Source: Vicugna vicugna (Eukaryota). From it: a stretch of 51,949 nt of DNA. Shown here piece after piece: positions 24,771 through 37,809 of the stretch; position 1 is the stretch's first letter, and every line of letters starts with the position of its first letter. The position numbers and the translations under genes were made by a program. The DNA lies in the NCBI GenBank assembly GCA_013265495.1, contig MU057801.1, forward strand, positions 3,068,765-3,120,713, written 5' to 3'. Below the pieces are notes generated by a model. It was not told the origin of the DNA. It saw only the letters and a list, made by a program, of their open reading frames with translations, and did no database searches.

Positions 24771-24889
24771 TAATTGTGAAAATTATGTTTTACTGGGACC
24801 TTAATTTCTATATATTATTATTCAGTGTTTTTGCAGACTTCCTTTAATTTTTTCTTCTTTAAAGTTTATGCTGTAAGTATTCAAATTTT

Positions 24890-25085
24890 ATATCATCCTT
24901 GCCCCACTGCTTATAACTGTAGAACCCTGAATAATTATTTAACCTCCCTAAGATCTAGTGACCCACCTATAACCTGAGGATAATAACAATATTTGCTTCA
25001 ATATTAATCTGGGTTTTCTAGACTAAGATAATAATTTAGTACAATGTATAGCACATACTTAGTGTTCAAAAATTAGTTATTAAAA
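24890..25085 (+). mobile_element. MIR
   Basis: 'ccactgcttataactgtagaaccctgaataattatttaacctccctaag...ctataacctgaggataataaca...gcacatacttagtgttcaaaaattagttatt'. Confidence 0.65.
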
Positions 25086-26579
25086 TTACTATTGTTTTAA
25101 ACATTTGTTGTTTGCTGCAAATGGATCAAAGGGCAATAATAACCTTCCTATTCTGCACTCATCTTTTATTTAGTTTTGCTTCACTGTCATGTAGCAAAAT
25201 TCTCTCCCATAACAGTATACGTTTAATCGCCAAACAGTGTTCTCTAACCAGTACTCTTCAATGCTTCTTTCTTTCAGAATTCCTTCTGGTATTACCTTCC
25301 AGTTACCTAAATTAAATCTCAGCCCGGATTGCTCTTTTCCCATTTCTCACTCTTCTTCACTCTGACATCATTACCTCCTCCACTGGGCTTGCAGCTTATT
25401 GTGAAAATCTATATGTAGCTCTGACAAAATGCACACTCTCCTGTCTGTGGATCAGTTATAATGATAGGCCCCCCTCTCTGGATTTGACTTGACTCATAAT
25501 TGTAACATTCTTCCTCTGTATTTTCAATGATTTATTTCTGTAACTTGTATCATCACTAGTAGTAGTAATAATGGAAACACAACCTGAAGGAATGCAGGCC
25601 TCAGAAACTACCAAGATTGGTTCACCATTATTTGTTGCATTTCTCTGAGCCTGAATGTCTAAAAAATGAGGCTGAGGACTGTTGTGAATATTCTGTTTTT
25701 CTTGATGAGTGAAAAGTGAGACAACATATTTGAAATGGTTCCATTTAATCTCCTCCATATTCCTTTCCTTGAGGAATTAATTTCCATGAGGGCAGCTTTT
25801 GTGAGCTTGGTCACTGAGATTTATTTCCAAGTATGTGAGATATACACGCACATATAGATAACATAGCTGTAAGTATTATTATATCTACATATTTCAAATT
25901 GCATATAATAACCATTATCTAGATTATATATTTGCATTCATCACAGACATGTATATTGACCAATCTCTTCATAAAAATCTGTTTTCTTTATTACCTGCCT
26001 GCCATTAAATCGCAGACTTACTAGTCTCAAGAAACCTGTAGTGAACACTCCAGCCTGTTATCTGAACACTCCAGCTCTCAGATGGGAGCTGCAGGGACCA
26101 GAGATCAGAACTAACACTTGAAAATGTGCAACTGTTTCAGTTCTGTGACTCCCCAAGTATCCTAACAAGCTCAAGAAGGGAAGTGGCAATATTTCCAAGT
26201 GTATGATATGAGAGGCACACATGAAGTACTTGGTGACTAATAAATAATAATTTTATTAAAGGAAAGCAGTGTATTGTAAGCAGTAGTTATTGATTTCATA
26301 TTAGGGTACATATTTTTCCCTGAGATACTACACTTCGTCAGTATTTTCTTGCCTTCCTTGACTCCCCGCCCTCTTTCTTTCTCTCCATTTCTCTAACCAT
26401 CTCCCTCTTTGCCTGTCTCTCTGTTGTTTCTCTGTCTCTGACTCTCTCTGTCTGCCTGTCTGTACATCTGTCTCTAGCTCTCTCCTATTCTTTTCATATT
26501 AGTTCACAGCTTATGTCAATTATACGGTCTAATGACTGAACAACTCTATTCTATAGTCTGAAATTGTTGCAGAAAAATG

Positions 26580-27083
26580 TGTTACAGTTCGGTGTGACAG
26601 CAACCTGGACCCGGGCGAGAGACCAAGCAGCACTTGGAGAGTTGGAGAACTGAGGTTTATTACGCCAGCGGGCCCAGAGGAGTTAACACTCCAAGCTCTG
26701 GACCCTGTCTGTAGGTTTACACAGGCCTTTATAAGCTATCAGTTTTACACTTTGCAACATCATATGCAAATAAAGTAGAACGGAAGTTGACCAACCAGGA
26801 ACAAGCTTTGTAGAAATAGGCCAATCAGGAGTGAGATCCATGCAAATGAAGTACTACAAATGGACCAATCAGAAGTTAGGGAAGTGGACCAGTCAGAAGT
26901 GAGAGAAGTAACTCATCAGAAGTGAGCTCAGGGAACCAATAGAATTTTAGGGGTAAGTAAGCCGTTTCAGAGGCCAAAAGCGAGAGAGAGCCTCTGGGCC
27001 AGGGAACCGGATGGTTCCGTCAGGAGAGTAGTGGCCCTGCTTGGGGGCCCTGCCGGTCTTTTTATAGGGCTTCCCACCTCACA
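26580..27083 (-). mobile_element. ERV1-like solo LTR
   Basis: TG...CA ends; minus-strand TATAAA (26733-26728) and AATAAA (26661-26656); U3 contains repeated CCAAT units. No clean TSD found. Confidence 0.8.
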
Positions 27084-27749
27084 ATGAACACTTGGTAATT
27101 CTTCTCATGATTTCTTCCTTATTGAACTATAATTGACTTATAATATTGTATTAGTTTCAGATGTACAATATAGTGATTTGATAATTTTATAAATTATGAA
27201 ATGATCACCATGAAAATTCTAGTTACTATAAAGCTAAGATCAAAATTAGGTTTCAGGCACATGTAAATTCCCTAAATTGAGGGTGATTCTTTATTATATT
27301 TTAATTTTAAAGTGATAGTTAACATTCATAAAATCATATTTCACATGAAGAAAACTGAATTTACACTTATAGATCCATTTAGGAAGAAAAATATTGCTAT
27401 CTTAATCATTATATTTTTACATTAAGATATATTTAAGTGCTTAATGTTGAAATTAGTTAATGTGTAGAATAAAAGGCAAAGAATTGATGTATAGTTATGG
27501 ATATTCTTGGAAAACCTGAAAAGTACCTTAAAAACCACACCCATCCCAAGGAAAGCAAGTGTTTCCTTGTGTACTACTTTCTGTGTGTGTGTGTGGTGTT
27601 TATGATTTCATAGATGTATAACATATTTGTATATATTTCTCAAATTCAGTTGTGAATAATTGCAAATTGTTTTTAGCAAATAGAGCATCACACGATAAGG
27701 TTGGAATTACTTGGAGAGGTAATGTTTGATAAATAAGTTTTATTTTTTG

Positions 27750-29990
27750 ATTGATTTTCTGTATGGATGATCTGTTCATTGATATAAGAGAGCTGTTAAA
27801 TTCCCGAAACTTCGTTGGATTGCTTTTAGTTTTTCCCTTTAAGTTTGTAATATTTGCTTTATATATGTTGGTGCTCCTCTGTTAGGTGCATGTATATTTA
27901 TAAATGTTACACCCTTCTGTTGGGTTGACCCCTTTATCATTATATAATTCCCTTCTTTGTCTTTTATTATAGTCTTTTTTTCAAAGTCTATTTTGTCAGA
28001 TACAAGTACTGCTACTACAGCTTTCTTTTCTTTTCTTTCTTTTCCTTTTTTTGTATGGAATATCTTTTTCCATCCCTTTACTTTCGGTCTGTGTGTCTTT
28101 TGTTTGGAAGCGAATCTCTTCTAAGCAGCATGTACATGAGTCTTCTTTTCTAGCCATTCATGAACTTTATGTCTTTTGATTTGTGAATTTCATCCATTTA
28201 CGTTAAAGGAATTACTGACAGTTAAATACGTGTTGCCGCTTTTTAAATTATTTTCTGGCCTGCTTTGCAGTTCCTCTCTTTTTCTCTTTCTTCTCTGTTG
28301 GTGTCGCAATAGCATGTACACATACACACCGTATGCAGAGAGAGCTGATGGCTACTCTGAAGCTTTATTAAGTTGCACAGTCTTACATAGCAAAGAAGAA
28401 CGACAAGGGTTATGGTTAACGGGCAGTGTCTGGCTCAAGGTCAGAAGACCCTTTATGTTTTGGTAAATCATGTTCGTGTTGGCACCAGCGAGCCTTACAG
28501 CTTATCAGGGCGGAACGCATGAGAAACGACTGCTTCACAACATTCTTCTTGGACTCAGGTGGCTGTGCCTGTCTCAGGTTGCCCCGCTCTGGGGATCTTA
28601 CCTGTCCTTGGCTAACCAGCCTTCTCACCTCTGAGTCTGCAGCTTTTATAACTTGTTTACCATTCTGGCCCAAGGCTCGTTCCTTGGTTCCCACAGTGGG
28701 GGGCCTACGTTCTCTTTCTCTATTCCCTTGTGTTTATTGAAAACCCCTCAAGTTTTCTTTCCATTTACCGATCACTTCTGTTTGGTGGTTTGTTGTATTT
28801 TCTGCCTCTTTGTTGGAATCGTCACTGTGCTCGTCCATTCTTCTCCCCAGCTCGGTAGCATCTTTATGACCATGACTTTGAACCTGTTATCAGCGGGGTT
28901 GCTTACCTCTGCTCATGTAGGTTCCCACCCCCATAGCTTCTTCCGGTTGGAATTTTTTCCTCTGTCTCCTCATTTTGCTTAGTTCTCTTTGCTTCTTTCT
29001 ATGTATTAAGGATATCAGTGGTCCCTCCCGGTACTCAAAGAGGCACCTTGTTTAGATGGTGTCTTGTGTGGCTCAAAAATGTAATGCAACCTGTTCACTC
29101 AGTGAGTGGGCCAGGCACTCAGTGGGTGTCCCCTCTGTGGCTGTGTATGTCCCCCTGTTGTGGTGGGACCATGGCTGCTGTGGGGCACTGTTGGGTGGCA
29201 CTGGCCCCCAGAATGGGTTTGGGGTCTATCTGCAGCTGCTGTAGAGCTTTGGCGGGCATGGCTACCACTCAGCTTGCCCGAGGCCTCGTCAGGGTGCGGG
29301 GGTGGGCAGGGCTCTCAGCAGAGCATTCCCAGTGCTAGCCGGTTAGAGGGAGAATTCCATTACTGCACCAGCAGTGCTGGTGTTAACAGGGCACCCTGAG
29401 CTCAAGTAAATGGCTCCTGCCTGTGACTGCCCCTCTGGGAGCACCCCAGCTGTTTCCAGCCTCCCTGGCAGACACTTCAGTGTTGGTGACTGGGTTCCCT
29501 TCACATATGGCCCCTGTGCTTTTTATTCTGGTGTGTTTGTGCTGGCTTTCAGGTCGATGGGGCTGCACACAGGCCCTTTAAGAGTGTTTTTTTCATTCCT
29601 TAACAGTTCTGTGGTTTTCTAGGATGTATTCATCTCTGGTTTTCAGATCCAGGTGTTTGGGGTCCACCTCGCCTGTGAAGGACCTGTAAGTTGGAGCGCC
29701 TGATGTGGAGCTGAAACACACCTTGCTCTTCAGATAAGAAAGTCCACAGTTTTGTGGCCCCTTTCCATTGTGGGTCACCGTGGCCGGGGTGCGGGTGCTT
29801 CCTTGGCTAACCCGTGTCTCTGCCTCTCTCACCTCTCAGTGTTTGCTCTTGTGTTCTTCGTTGTGGAAGATGTTCACCCAGGTTTCAATTCTCTTTCTGA
29901 GGGAATTATTCCATATGGAGTTGTAGACTTGTTGTTTCTGTGGAAAGACATAAGTTAAGAACTTCTTACACCACCATTTTGAACACTCCC
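27750..29990 (-). mobile_element. Decayed L1 (ORF2 endonuclease region plus ORF1/5' UTR), interrupted by an LTR
   Basis: 'ggtgctcctctgttaggtgcatgtatatttata...gttgacccctttatcattat' and 'ggaatatctttttccatcccttta'; the GC-richer 5'-UTR-like portion at 29.0-30.0 kb resembles 10.2-11.0 kb. Confidence 0.75.
28302..28695 (-). mobile_element. Solo LTR, possibly ERV2-like
   Basis: Minus strand begins TGTGGGAACC and ends GCGACA, with AATAAA ~60 nt before the 3' end. Flanks gttgg/gtggg form an imperfect TSD; it interrupts L1 sequence. Confidence 0.65.
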
Positions 29991-30784
29991 TTCTGGCTTA
30001 AAAAAAAGTCCTTAAAAGCACATTTACATAAGCATTTCTTAGCAGAAAATTAAAATCTGATTATACAACATGGTTTTGGGGAAAATTACATCATTGTTAT
30101 TTTTTAATCTCTCTAGAATTTTAATATTTGTACTTCTGAGAAAATTACTACATCGAAGTTTATGCTTTCATAATAATATAGCAAATCCCTGCTTCTTAAA
30201 ACTGCCAAATTAGAATTTTGATAAATAAAAAATATGGATTATGTAAAATACTTTCCATTTAACTGTGCTACTCACAAAACTTTGTTTTTATGAGCAGAAA
30301 AGGAATTAATTGAGGGTCTCAGTTTGTTCCTGGGTTGCTATTTTAACAAAATGGAGAGCTTAATGTCTGACTTATTTAATATTAAATCGATAATTAAGCA
30401 GTGCTTGGGAAATATTGTGTTCTGCATGTTCACTTGTATTTCTGTCTCTGAAGTAAATGAAATACCAGCAAATATGCATTTAGAGAATGTGATGTGACAA
30501 TCTTTATAGACCAAATTCAACAGTGAAATCAGCTGTGTCTGTTTATTGACTTCGTGAAGGGAATAACACTAATGAAATGTTTCTACATAAAACAACAGCA
30601 TTGATGGTTTAAAATGATTGATAATTGATTTTGTTTTTTCTGAGGGGGGATGCAAACACAAAAAGATAAGGGTTACTTTTTATTTTGAGTATTGTTTATA
30701 CCAAGGCTGGGATAGCAATGAAGAAAAAAAAGCCAATGGGTTTTAAGATTCTCTTTAAGGTATTTCCCCTGTTGCTTTCTTTCT

Positions 30785-32170
30785 TTTTTAATTTTTAAAA
30801 TTCAATTTATTTAAACTAAAAAGAAAAACAAAAACAGTACACCCACTTCTCCCATGTCCAGCCCTGCCACTGGCAGCCACTAACCTCTTTTCTGTAAGCT
30901 GGTTTTTACACACACATATATATACTTATACATATAAACGTCTGTTTACATATATAAGCATGTTTATACATGCTTATTATATATAATGTATGTGCTTATA
31001 TGTGCATGTGTATTTACGTGCATGTATGTTCCTTTTTTCGCGACAGCCATTCTAAGAGGTGTGAGGTGATGTCTCACTGTGCTTGTGATCTGCGTTACCC
31101 GCATGACTAACGATTCGGAGTGCCTCTCCATACATCTGTTGATCGTCTAAGTATTCTTTGGCAAATTGTCTATTCAGATCGTCTGTTCATTTAAAAAAAA
31201 TCACTGTTTGTTTCTGTGGTGGAGTTGCATGAGTTCTTTGTAGTTGTGAGATAGTAACCCCTTATCAGGTACACAATTTGCAACTGTTTCTCATTTGGAA
31301 GGTGCCTTTGTGCTTTGCTGTTGATTTCCTTTGTCGTCCTGAAGGTTTTAGTTTGATATAACACTGCTGTTTTATTTTTGCTGTAGTTGCTTTTGCTTTT
31401 AGTGCCAGATTCAAAATACTCATTGCCAAGACCTGTGTCAAAGAGGAGTTTATTGCCTACGTTTTTTTCTAGAGGTTTTATGGTTCCAGGTCTCACGATT
31501 AAGTCTTTTCTCCATTTTCAGTTACTGTTTGCATACAGTGGGAGATGGTCGATCCCATTTCTCTCTTTTGCATTGACTATCCAATCTTCCCAACACAGTT
31601 TACTGAAGAAACAGTGCTTTCCTAATTCCATATTCCTGGTTCCTTTGTCATCAGTTAACTGACAGTATATTCACTGGTTTATTTCTGGGCTCTTTATTCT
31701 ATTCCACTGACCTGTATGTCTGTTTTTGCACCAGCATCACGTTGTCTTGGTCACTACAGCTTTGCAGTGTAGCTTGAAATCAGGGCGTGTGATGCCTCCA
31801 GAGCTGATCCTCTTCCTCCAGATTGCTTCAGACATTTGGGGTCTTTGTGATTATGTACACGTTTTAGGATTGTTTATTCTATTTCTGTGAAAAACGCAGT
31901 TGACATATCGATGCAGATTTTCTTGAACCTGTAGATTTCTTCGGGCTACATGGACATTTGACAGTATGACCTCTTCTAACCCGTGGGTGTGGAGTATCTT
32001 TCCACTTATTTGGATCTTCGGTTTTCATTAATGTCTCGCAGTTTCCAGTGTGCAGGTCTTTCAGGTCCTTGGCTAAATATATTCCTAGGTTTGTATTCTT
32101 TTTGATGCACTTATAATTCAGATTTTCTTAATTTCCTCTCTGCCAGCTCATTGTTAGTATACAGAAATAA
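30785..32170 (-). mobile_element. L1 3' UTR and ORF2 fragment
   Basis: 'cagccattctaagaggtgtgaggtgatgtctcactgt'; ORF 31191-31496(-) RPGTIKPLEKNVGNKL is ORF2-like; 'tactacagc/ttgaaatcaggg'-type motif near 31755-31785. Confidence 0.85.
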
Positions 32171-32171
32171 A

Positions 32172-32649
32172 TGTAAAAGTTGGGAGTTATGTTTTATTTG
32201 GCAGACTCTAAGGACTCAAGTCCAGGAGACAGCCTCTCAGATGGCTCTAAGAGACTGTTCCACCCACGTAAGGGAGGAGCCAGCACACGCAGGACTTTTT
32301 GTGGCAAAGACCAGGTAGTAGGAGCATCAGAAGATGACTGTTAATGACAGAAAACCATGTACCTCACGTCAAGCATTCAGCGACTTCCTGTGCATGGGAA
32401 GATGCGAAAGTCTGGGCTCACTGAAATCATTCCTTTGATATTCGCCTTGCTGTCTAGGGCCAGCGCCCTGTTCTTTGCCATCCTGAGTTCCCTTGCCGGG
32501 GGCACTACTGGGCGTGGCTGCAGTGGCCAGGCTGCCTGCTGGTTTCCATCCTGAGTTCCCTTCACCCACTGTCGGGTGGTAGTGGCTGATGGTTTGATGG
32601 CCACAGCATCCTATGTTTACTGACACGGCTGCAATATTTTTCATTCACA
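32172..32649 (-). mobile_element. ERV1-like LTR, left end truncated
   Basis: 'aaaagttgggagttatgttttatttgg...ggagacagcctctcagatggctctaagagactgttcc...tgggaagatgcgaaagtctgggctcactgaaatcattcctttgat...cattcaca'. Confidence 0.75.
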
Positions 32650-33191
32650 CCTGGACTGGCTACAATCTGTGCACCATTCTATCTCTCCCTAGTCCTGGTT
32701 CACATGCTCTTTCTGCCCCATAAAGATCACCCGTTTACTCATCTTGCAAGTTCCTCTTGAAATCACTTTGAGTGCTATCTTCACATGTAGCTCCAAGTCG
32801 GTGCCACGCCCCTGCTCCCCAACATCTTCCCATTCCTGCCTCACCAGGCACCAGCACGGAGAAGCCAGCGCTGGCTTCCCCTCCCTGCCCCCAGCCCCTG
32901 TAGCAGGGAGGGGGCGGCTGCGGAGCTGGACGCCTTGGCTCCTTGAGAAGCCAGTCCTCGCTAACCTCTGCTGGCCCCTCTGGGCTGCTGCACAACCCAC
33001 GTCTTCATCCCTCGCGGGCCTTCCAGCAGATTCCCCCAGTGGCTGTTACCAAACCTTCTCTTCTCCCCAAGTCCACAAACCCACCCCCACTTGCTGAGCG
33101 CGTAGGGGATGAATGCGCGTCATAATTTATTGAGCATTTCATCTGATAGTGACGTTCTTACCTTCTCTCCCCTTTGCCTCAGAAGGCCTCA

Positions 33192-33319
33192 GGGAGGAGG
33201 AGGGGTGTGTGCGCTTAGGTTTATTTATTTGTTTATTTTCACGGAGGGACTGGGGATTGAACCCAGGACCTCGTGCATGCTAAGCACACACTCTACCACT
33301 GAGCTGTGCCGTCTCCCCG
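33192..33319 (-). mobile_element. vic-1-type SINE
   Basis: 'ttaggtttatttatttgttt...actggggattgaacccaggacctcgtgcatgctaagcacacactctaccactgagct'. Confidence 0.9.
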
Positions 33320-33454
33320 CCCCCGCCCTGCTCCTTCACCGTGGGTCTTTACTGAGAAATATCCTTTCTCAAGACAGACTCTTCCCCCTGGACTCTGGAT
33401 CCCTCGCCTTCCTGCTGCCATCTTGGCTTTTTCCCGTTTTTCTGCCTTTCAACT

Positions 33455-34900
33455 TCTTTTTATTTCTTTAGCTTTATTGAGGTATAATTGATATACCAAA
33501 GTGTGCCTGTGCTTAATTTATACGTCTTGATGCATCTGCAGATATGCATACACCTGTGATCACCATCCCAACAACCAGGGCTCCAAGGCCCTAAAAATAC
33601 ACATCACTTCCACAGAAATTCCCTCGTGTTCTTTCCTTCAGTAAGAACACAACAGGAGATCTAGCCTCTCAGTACATTTCAAACAGCGCGAGATGGTACT
33701 GCTAACTGCAGAAACTGTGTGTTAAGCGGCAGAGTAAAATCTCTAGAACGTATTAACCTTGCAGAACAGATTCTTCACACACTGAAAATTGACTCCTCCT
33801 TCCCCCAGCTCCCGGCCCCTCGCAGCGATCATTCTGTTCTCTGCTTCTGTGAGGTTGGCTGTTTTGGGCAGCTCACGTCAGTGGGGGCCACGCAGTTACT
33901 TGTCTGTGACTGGCTTGCTTCACCTGGTATAGTGTCCCCTAGGTTCACCCATGTTGTCACAAACGGCAGGATTTCCCTTTTTTAAGACTCAGTAATGTAT
34001 ACATATGTAATTAATCTGCTGATAGACATTTGGTTTGTTTCCACGTCATGACTATTGTGAATGATGCTAAAATGATCATGGGGATGTAGGAATCTCTTAG
34101 AGATCCTGATTTCAGTTTTTTTGGATACACACCCAGACCTGGGATTCCCAGATCATAGTAGTTCTATGTTTAGTTTTTTGAGGAGCCTCCATGCCATTCT
34201 CCTTAGTGGCTGTACCAGTTTACATTCCCACCAACAATGTATGTGCTCCAGTTTCCCCTCCTTCTCACTGACGCTTAGTTACCCTTTGCTTCTGAGCAGA
34301 GCCATCCTAACAGGCGCGAGGTGACATCCGGCTGTGGTCTTGATCGTCATTTCCCTGAAGATTAGGGACGCGGCGCACCTTCCCACGTACCTGGAGGCCA
34401 CCTGCGTGTCCTCGTTGGAGACTCATCTGCTCAGCCCTGTGCCTACTTTCTAGCGCGGTGACTTGCGCTTTTGCCGTTGAGCTGGAGGAGGTTCCTGTGT
34501 ATTTTGCATATTATCCCCTTACTGTAAAGATGGCTTGCAAATAGTTTTTCCTATTCCATCGGATGCCTTTTCACTCTGTTGATTGTTTGCAGTTTCCTTT
34601 CCTTTTTAGTTTGACTTAGTCCCACCTGTCTGTTTTTGGTTTTGTTCCCTGCAGTTTTGGTATCAAGTCCTAGAAGTCCTTGCCAAGACCAATGTCAAGA
34701 CGTTTCTTCCTTCCACCACATTTGCTGTGAGAATTTTTGTAGTTTTAGGTCTTACATCTAAGTCTCTAGTCTATTTTGAGCTGACTTTTGTTTGTGATGT
34801 AAATTAGGGGTCCACTTTCCTTCTTTTGCATGTGGTCATCCAGTTTTCCCCAAACCATTTGCTGAAGAGACTGTCCCTTCCCTACATGTGTTCTGTCTTG
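33455..34900 (-). mobile_element. L1 (L1MA/MB-like) 3' end and ORF2 fragment
   Basis: 'ctttattgaggtataattgata', 'aggttcacccatgttgtcacaaacggcaggatttcc' and 'tagtggctgtaccagtttacattcccaccaaca'. Confidence 0.9.
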
Positions 34901-35451
34901 TGACTTTTCTTCCTCCTCAAAACTCGTGAAAATTGAGTTTATCCACTTAAAATAAACCATGTCCTCAGGCTTGCTGCCTTTCAGATTCCTGCCCCCCTCC
35001 TTTCCTGCTTCTCTTCATGATTGTACAGTTAAATATTGAACCCTGCAGTCACCAGTTCTCACCTTGTCCTCCGTGCGCCCTTGGCCTGAAGCATCGTGTC
35101 CCTGCCCTCCACGCGCACTGAAGACCAGGGGCAGCGGCCTGTCTTTGCCTTCTTTCTCCACAATGTGTGGCTCTTGTGACACCCCAAGTCTCAGTTTCTC
35201 TGATGTGACAAGTGCTGTCTCCCCTCCCACCTCACATCCATCCCCACTCTCCTTCCTGCAAATCTCTAAGATTCTGCCCTCCACTCTCCTCTCTTGCTCC
35301 AGTTCACCTGTGATTCTCAGTGGGGAGGTCTGGCCCTTTGAAACCTATCATCCAAACTGGGACACTGTAGGCAATGAAAGAAGTGTCATTAGCAATTATG
35401 TAGGGCAACAGGTGCCAAGCAGGACTGGCCTGGTCAGCTGGCCATAGGGGC

Positions 35452-35973
35452 TGTTGGAAGGGTGCCTAGGATTTGTTTCAATCAAATATGATGAGACGCA
35501 CAGACATGGAAATGATTGTCATGAAGAGGAAGTTGCTATTTCCACAGATCCATAGAAACAGGGGGCACTGCCCGCTATGGAGGGCCACAAGGGGAAGCGC
35601 CAGGGTCGACAGGAAGCAGAGGAAGAGGGGGAAACGTGGGCCAAAGCCTTTGCTGTGGTCTCCAGGGGAGTGAGTAGGCCAGGTAGGGTGAGCTTGCTTA
35701 AGATTGGCTAGTTTGAGCAATTTTAGTAGCACAGGGTATGTTTCTGGTACGTGGGCCTGGGTGATTAGGTCAGGCGGACAGTGGCCCAAAGTGTGAGAGC
35801 CAGTAAGGAGGTAGTTGGGGTGTGGGTTCTGGATTGGTTGGTTTGCAATTGAAAAGCACACTCTCAGATGAGGTGATTACCACCTACAGGAACCGGCTCA
35901 TCCTGGAAGGGGAGGCAAGGTCCCGAGGTGTCAAAGCATCAGAACACAGAAGATAAAGGACATGATCAATACA
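35452..35973 (-). mobile_element. ERVL-class solo LTR (MER74/MER54-like)
   Basis: TG...CA ends with near-perfect 5-bp TSD ggggc/ggggt; motifs 'gtgggccaaagcctttgctgtggt' and 'gattggctagtttgagcaatttt'. Confidence 0.7.
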
Positions 35974-36204
35974 GGGGTCGCTGAGAGTCACTGGAGGGCG
36001 GACACCACACTCCCACCCTCCTCTTACCTTCCCACGTGAGAGCGATCGCTTCAGGGAGCCAGAGCCACTGGTGCGTGTGCTGATTTATTCAGGGGTGCGA
36101 GAAAAGGGAACGTGAGAACCTATTTGCACATCACCACACGACCCCCACGGATCATGCGGACTTGATGAACCTAATACTTTGATTCCAAATCTATGTTCTT
36201 TTCT

Positions 36205-36327
36205 GGGGGGTGGGGGTGGTAATTAGATTTGTTTGTTTGTTTGTTTAGGCAGAGATGCTGGGGATTGGACCCTGGGCCTCATGGGTGCTAAGCATGTGCC
36301 TGACCACTGGTCTGTACCCTTCCCCCC
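36205..36327 (-). mobile_element. vic-1-type SINE (diverged)
   Basis: 'gtaattagatttgtttgttt...gctggggattggaccctgggcctcatgggtgctaagcatgtgcctgaccactggtctgtacccttcccc'. Confidence 0.85.
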
Positions 36328-36460
36328 GCGAATCTGTATTTTAATCTCAGGCTCCCTTTTACTCCTGAACTCTCTGTTACCTCATTTACTCCCATCCTTT
36401 CCTTCCCCTGGAGCCCTTTCTCCCCTAGTCCCACCTATCAAAGACCAGGGTTCGCTCAAG

Positions 36461-36608
36461 NNNNNNNNNNNNNNNNNNNNNNNNNNNNNNNNNNNNNNNN
36501 NNNNNNNNNNNNNNNNNNNNNNNNNNNNNNNNNNNNNNNNNNNNNNNNNNNNNNNNNNNNNNNNNNNNNNNNNNNNNNNNNNNNNNNNNNNNNNNNNNNN
36601 NNNNNNNN
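36461..36608. other. Assembly gap (148 N)
   Basis: Run of n. Confidence 1.
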
Positions 36609-37641
36609 TGGGGGCACCTCTCTGCTGAACATGGATGCTCTCAGATTGGATTCTGTTGAATTCCTCCAGAGTCACATATGTGTGTTAATGTGCCAATGTC
36701 TTACTTCCTGGCAACGTATTTAAATGCAAATAGAAGCCTCCGGGAAACATGATATTTCAGCCAGTGTTTCCCATAATATATTACGGAGATGCAAGCTTCC
36801 TGAGGTGCCAATGGGCATTCGGCAGAACAAGCAGGTTTGCCTCTGGGTTAAAGACTTCAGTTGTGCTGAGTGACAGCCCTGCTCCCAGCTTTAGCTACCA
36901 AGGATCCTCTGATAAAGACCGCCCTCCCGAGGGGAAGAAAAGGGAGTTTGGAGGTTAGGATTTTTTTGTTTAAGTTTTTTGTTTTTGCAATTTACTTGGT
37001 CTTTTTTTTCTCAGATTCGTGGGACTGATGGTTTAGTCTGAGAGAAATGTCCTCGGGAGGCTGGGGGCACTGTGCCTTGGCAGGTGGCTCCTCCTGTACC
37101 CCGAGAGTCACATCAGCTCACGTCAGCTGGACCGGCACCTATCTCACTGGCATGCAGTCATCCCCAGCCTCTAATGAAGGTGACCTTTGTCCAGAGAAGC
37201 TAATGTGTCCCATCTGCACCTTCCTTTCAGTAACCCCCCCTCCAGGGACATAAGCTAAGCCAGCCCTTCCCCCGCACCCTTGGCTCCAGTCAAGCTAATC
37301 AGCTTACAATTTCCTGAACCCAATGTCATGTTTCTCACCTCTGTGCCTTTTCTCACACTGCTTGATCAACAGAAAAATCACACATATATGAAGATAATAA
37401 CCCTAATAGACGTGAAACCTAATGTAGATGACCACACACATACATCTTTACGCGCAACCACGTATAAATGGGGTCTGAGCTGCACATACACGTGGAGATG
37501 TGTAGGAGGGAAGGAGAAGCACTGTGGACCCACTTCGCAAAACCTCACATGTCGTACCTTCCACATCTACCATGTTTTTCCTGTCAGCAAGCTCTCCCAC
37601 CCTCCAAAATGACTAACCTCTAGCCTCTCTTCTCCTAAAAC

Positions 37642-37809
37642 TGAGGCGGGAAGCCCCATAAAAAGACCGGCAGGACCCCTAGGCAGGGCCCCAGCACCGA
37701 GCGGTTCCCTGGCCCAGAGCCTCCATCTCACTTTTTGCCTCTAAAGCAGCTAACTTACACCTAGAATTCTATTGGTTCCCTGAGCTCACTTCTGATTGAT
37801 TGGTTCCCT
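37642..37809 (+). mobile_element. 5' (U3) fragment of the same LTR family as 26580-27083
   Basis: 'tgaggcgggaagccccataaaaagaccggcagg...aattctattggttccctgagctcacttctgat' aligns by eye to the reverse complement of ~26915-27081. Confidence 0.85.

Noticed and set aside
26790..26945. Spaced short repeats superficially like a CRISPR array
   Set aside because: Degenerate, irregularly spaced CCAAT enhancer repeats within an LTR in a mammalian genome.
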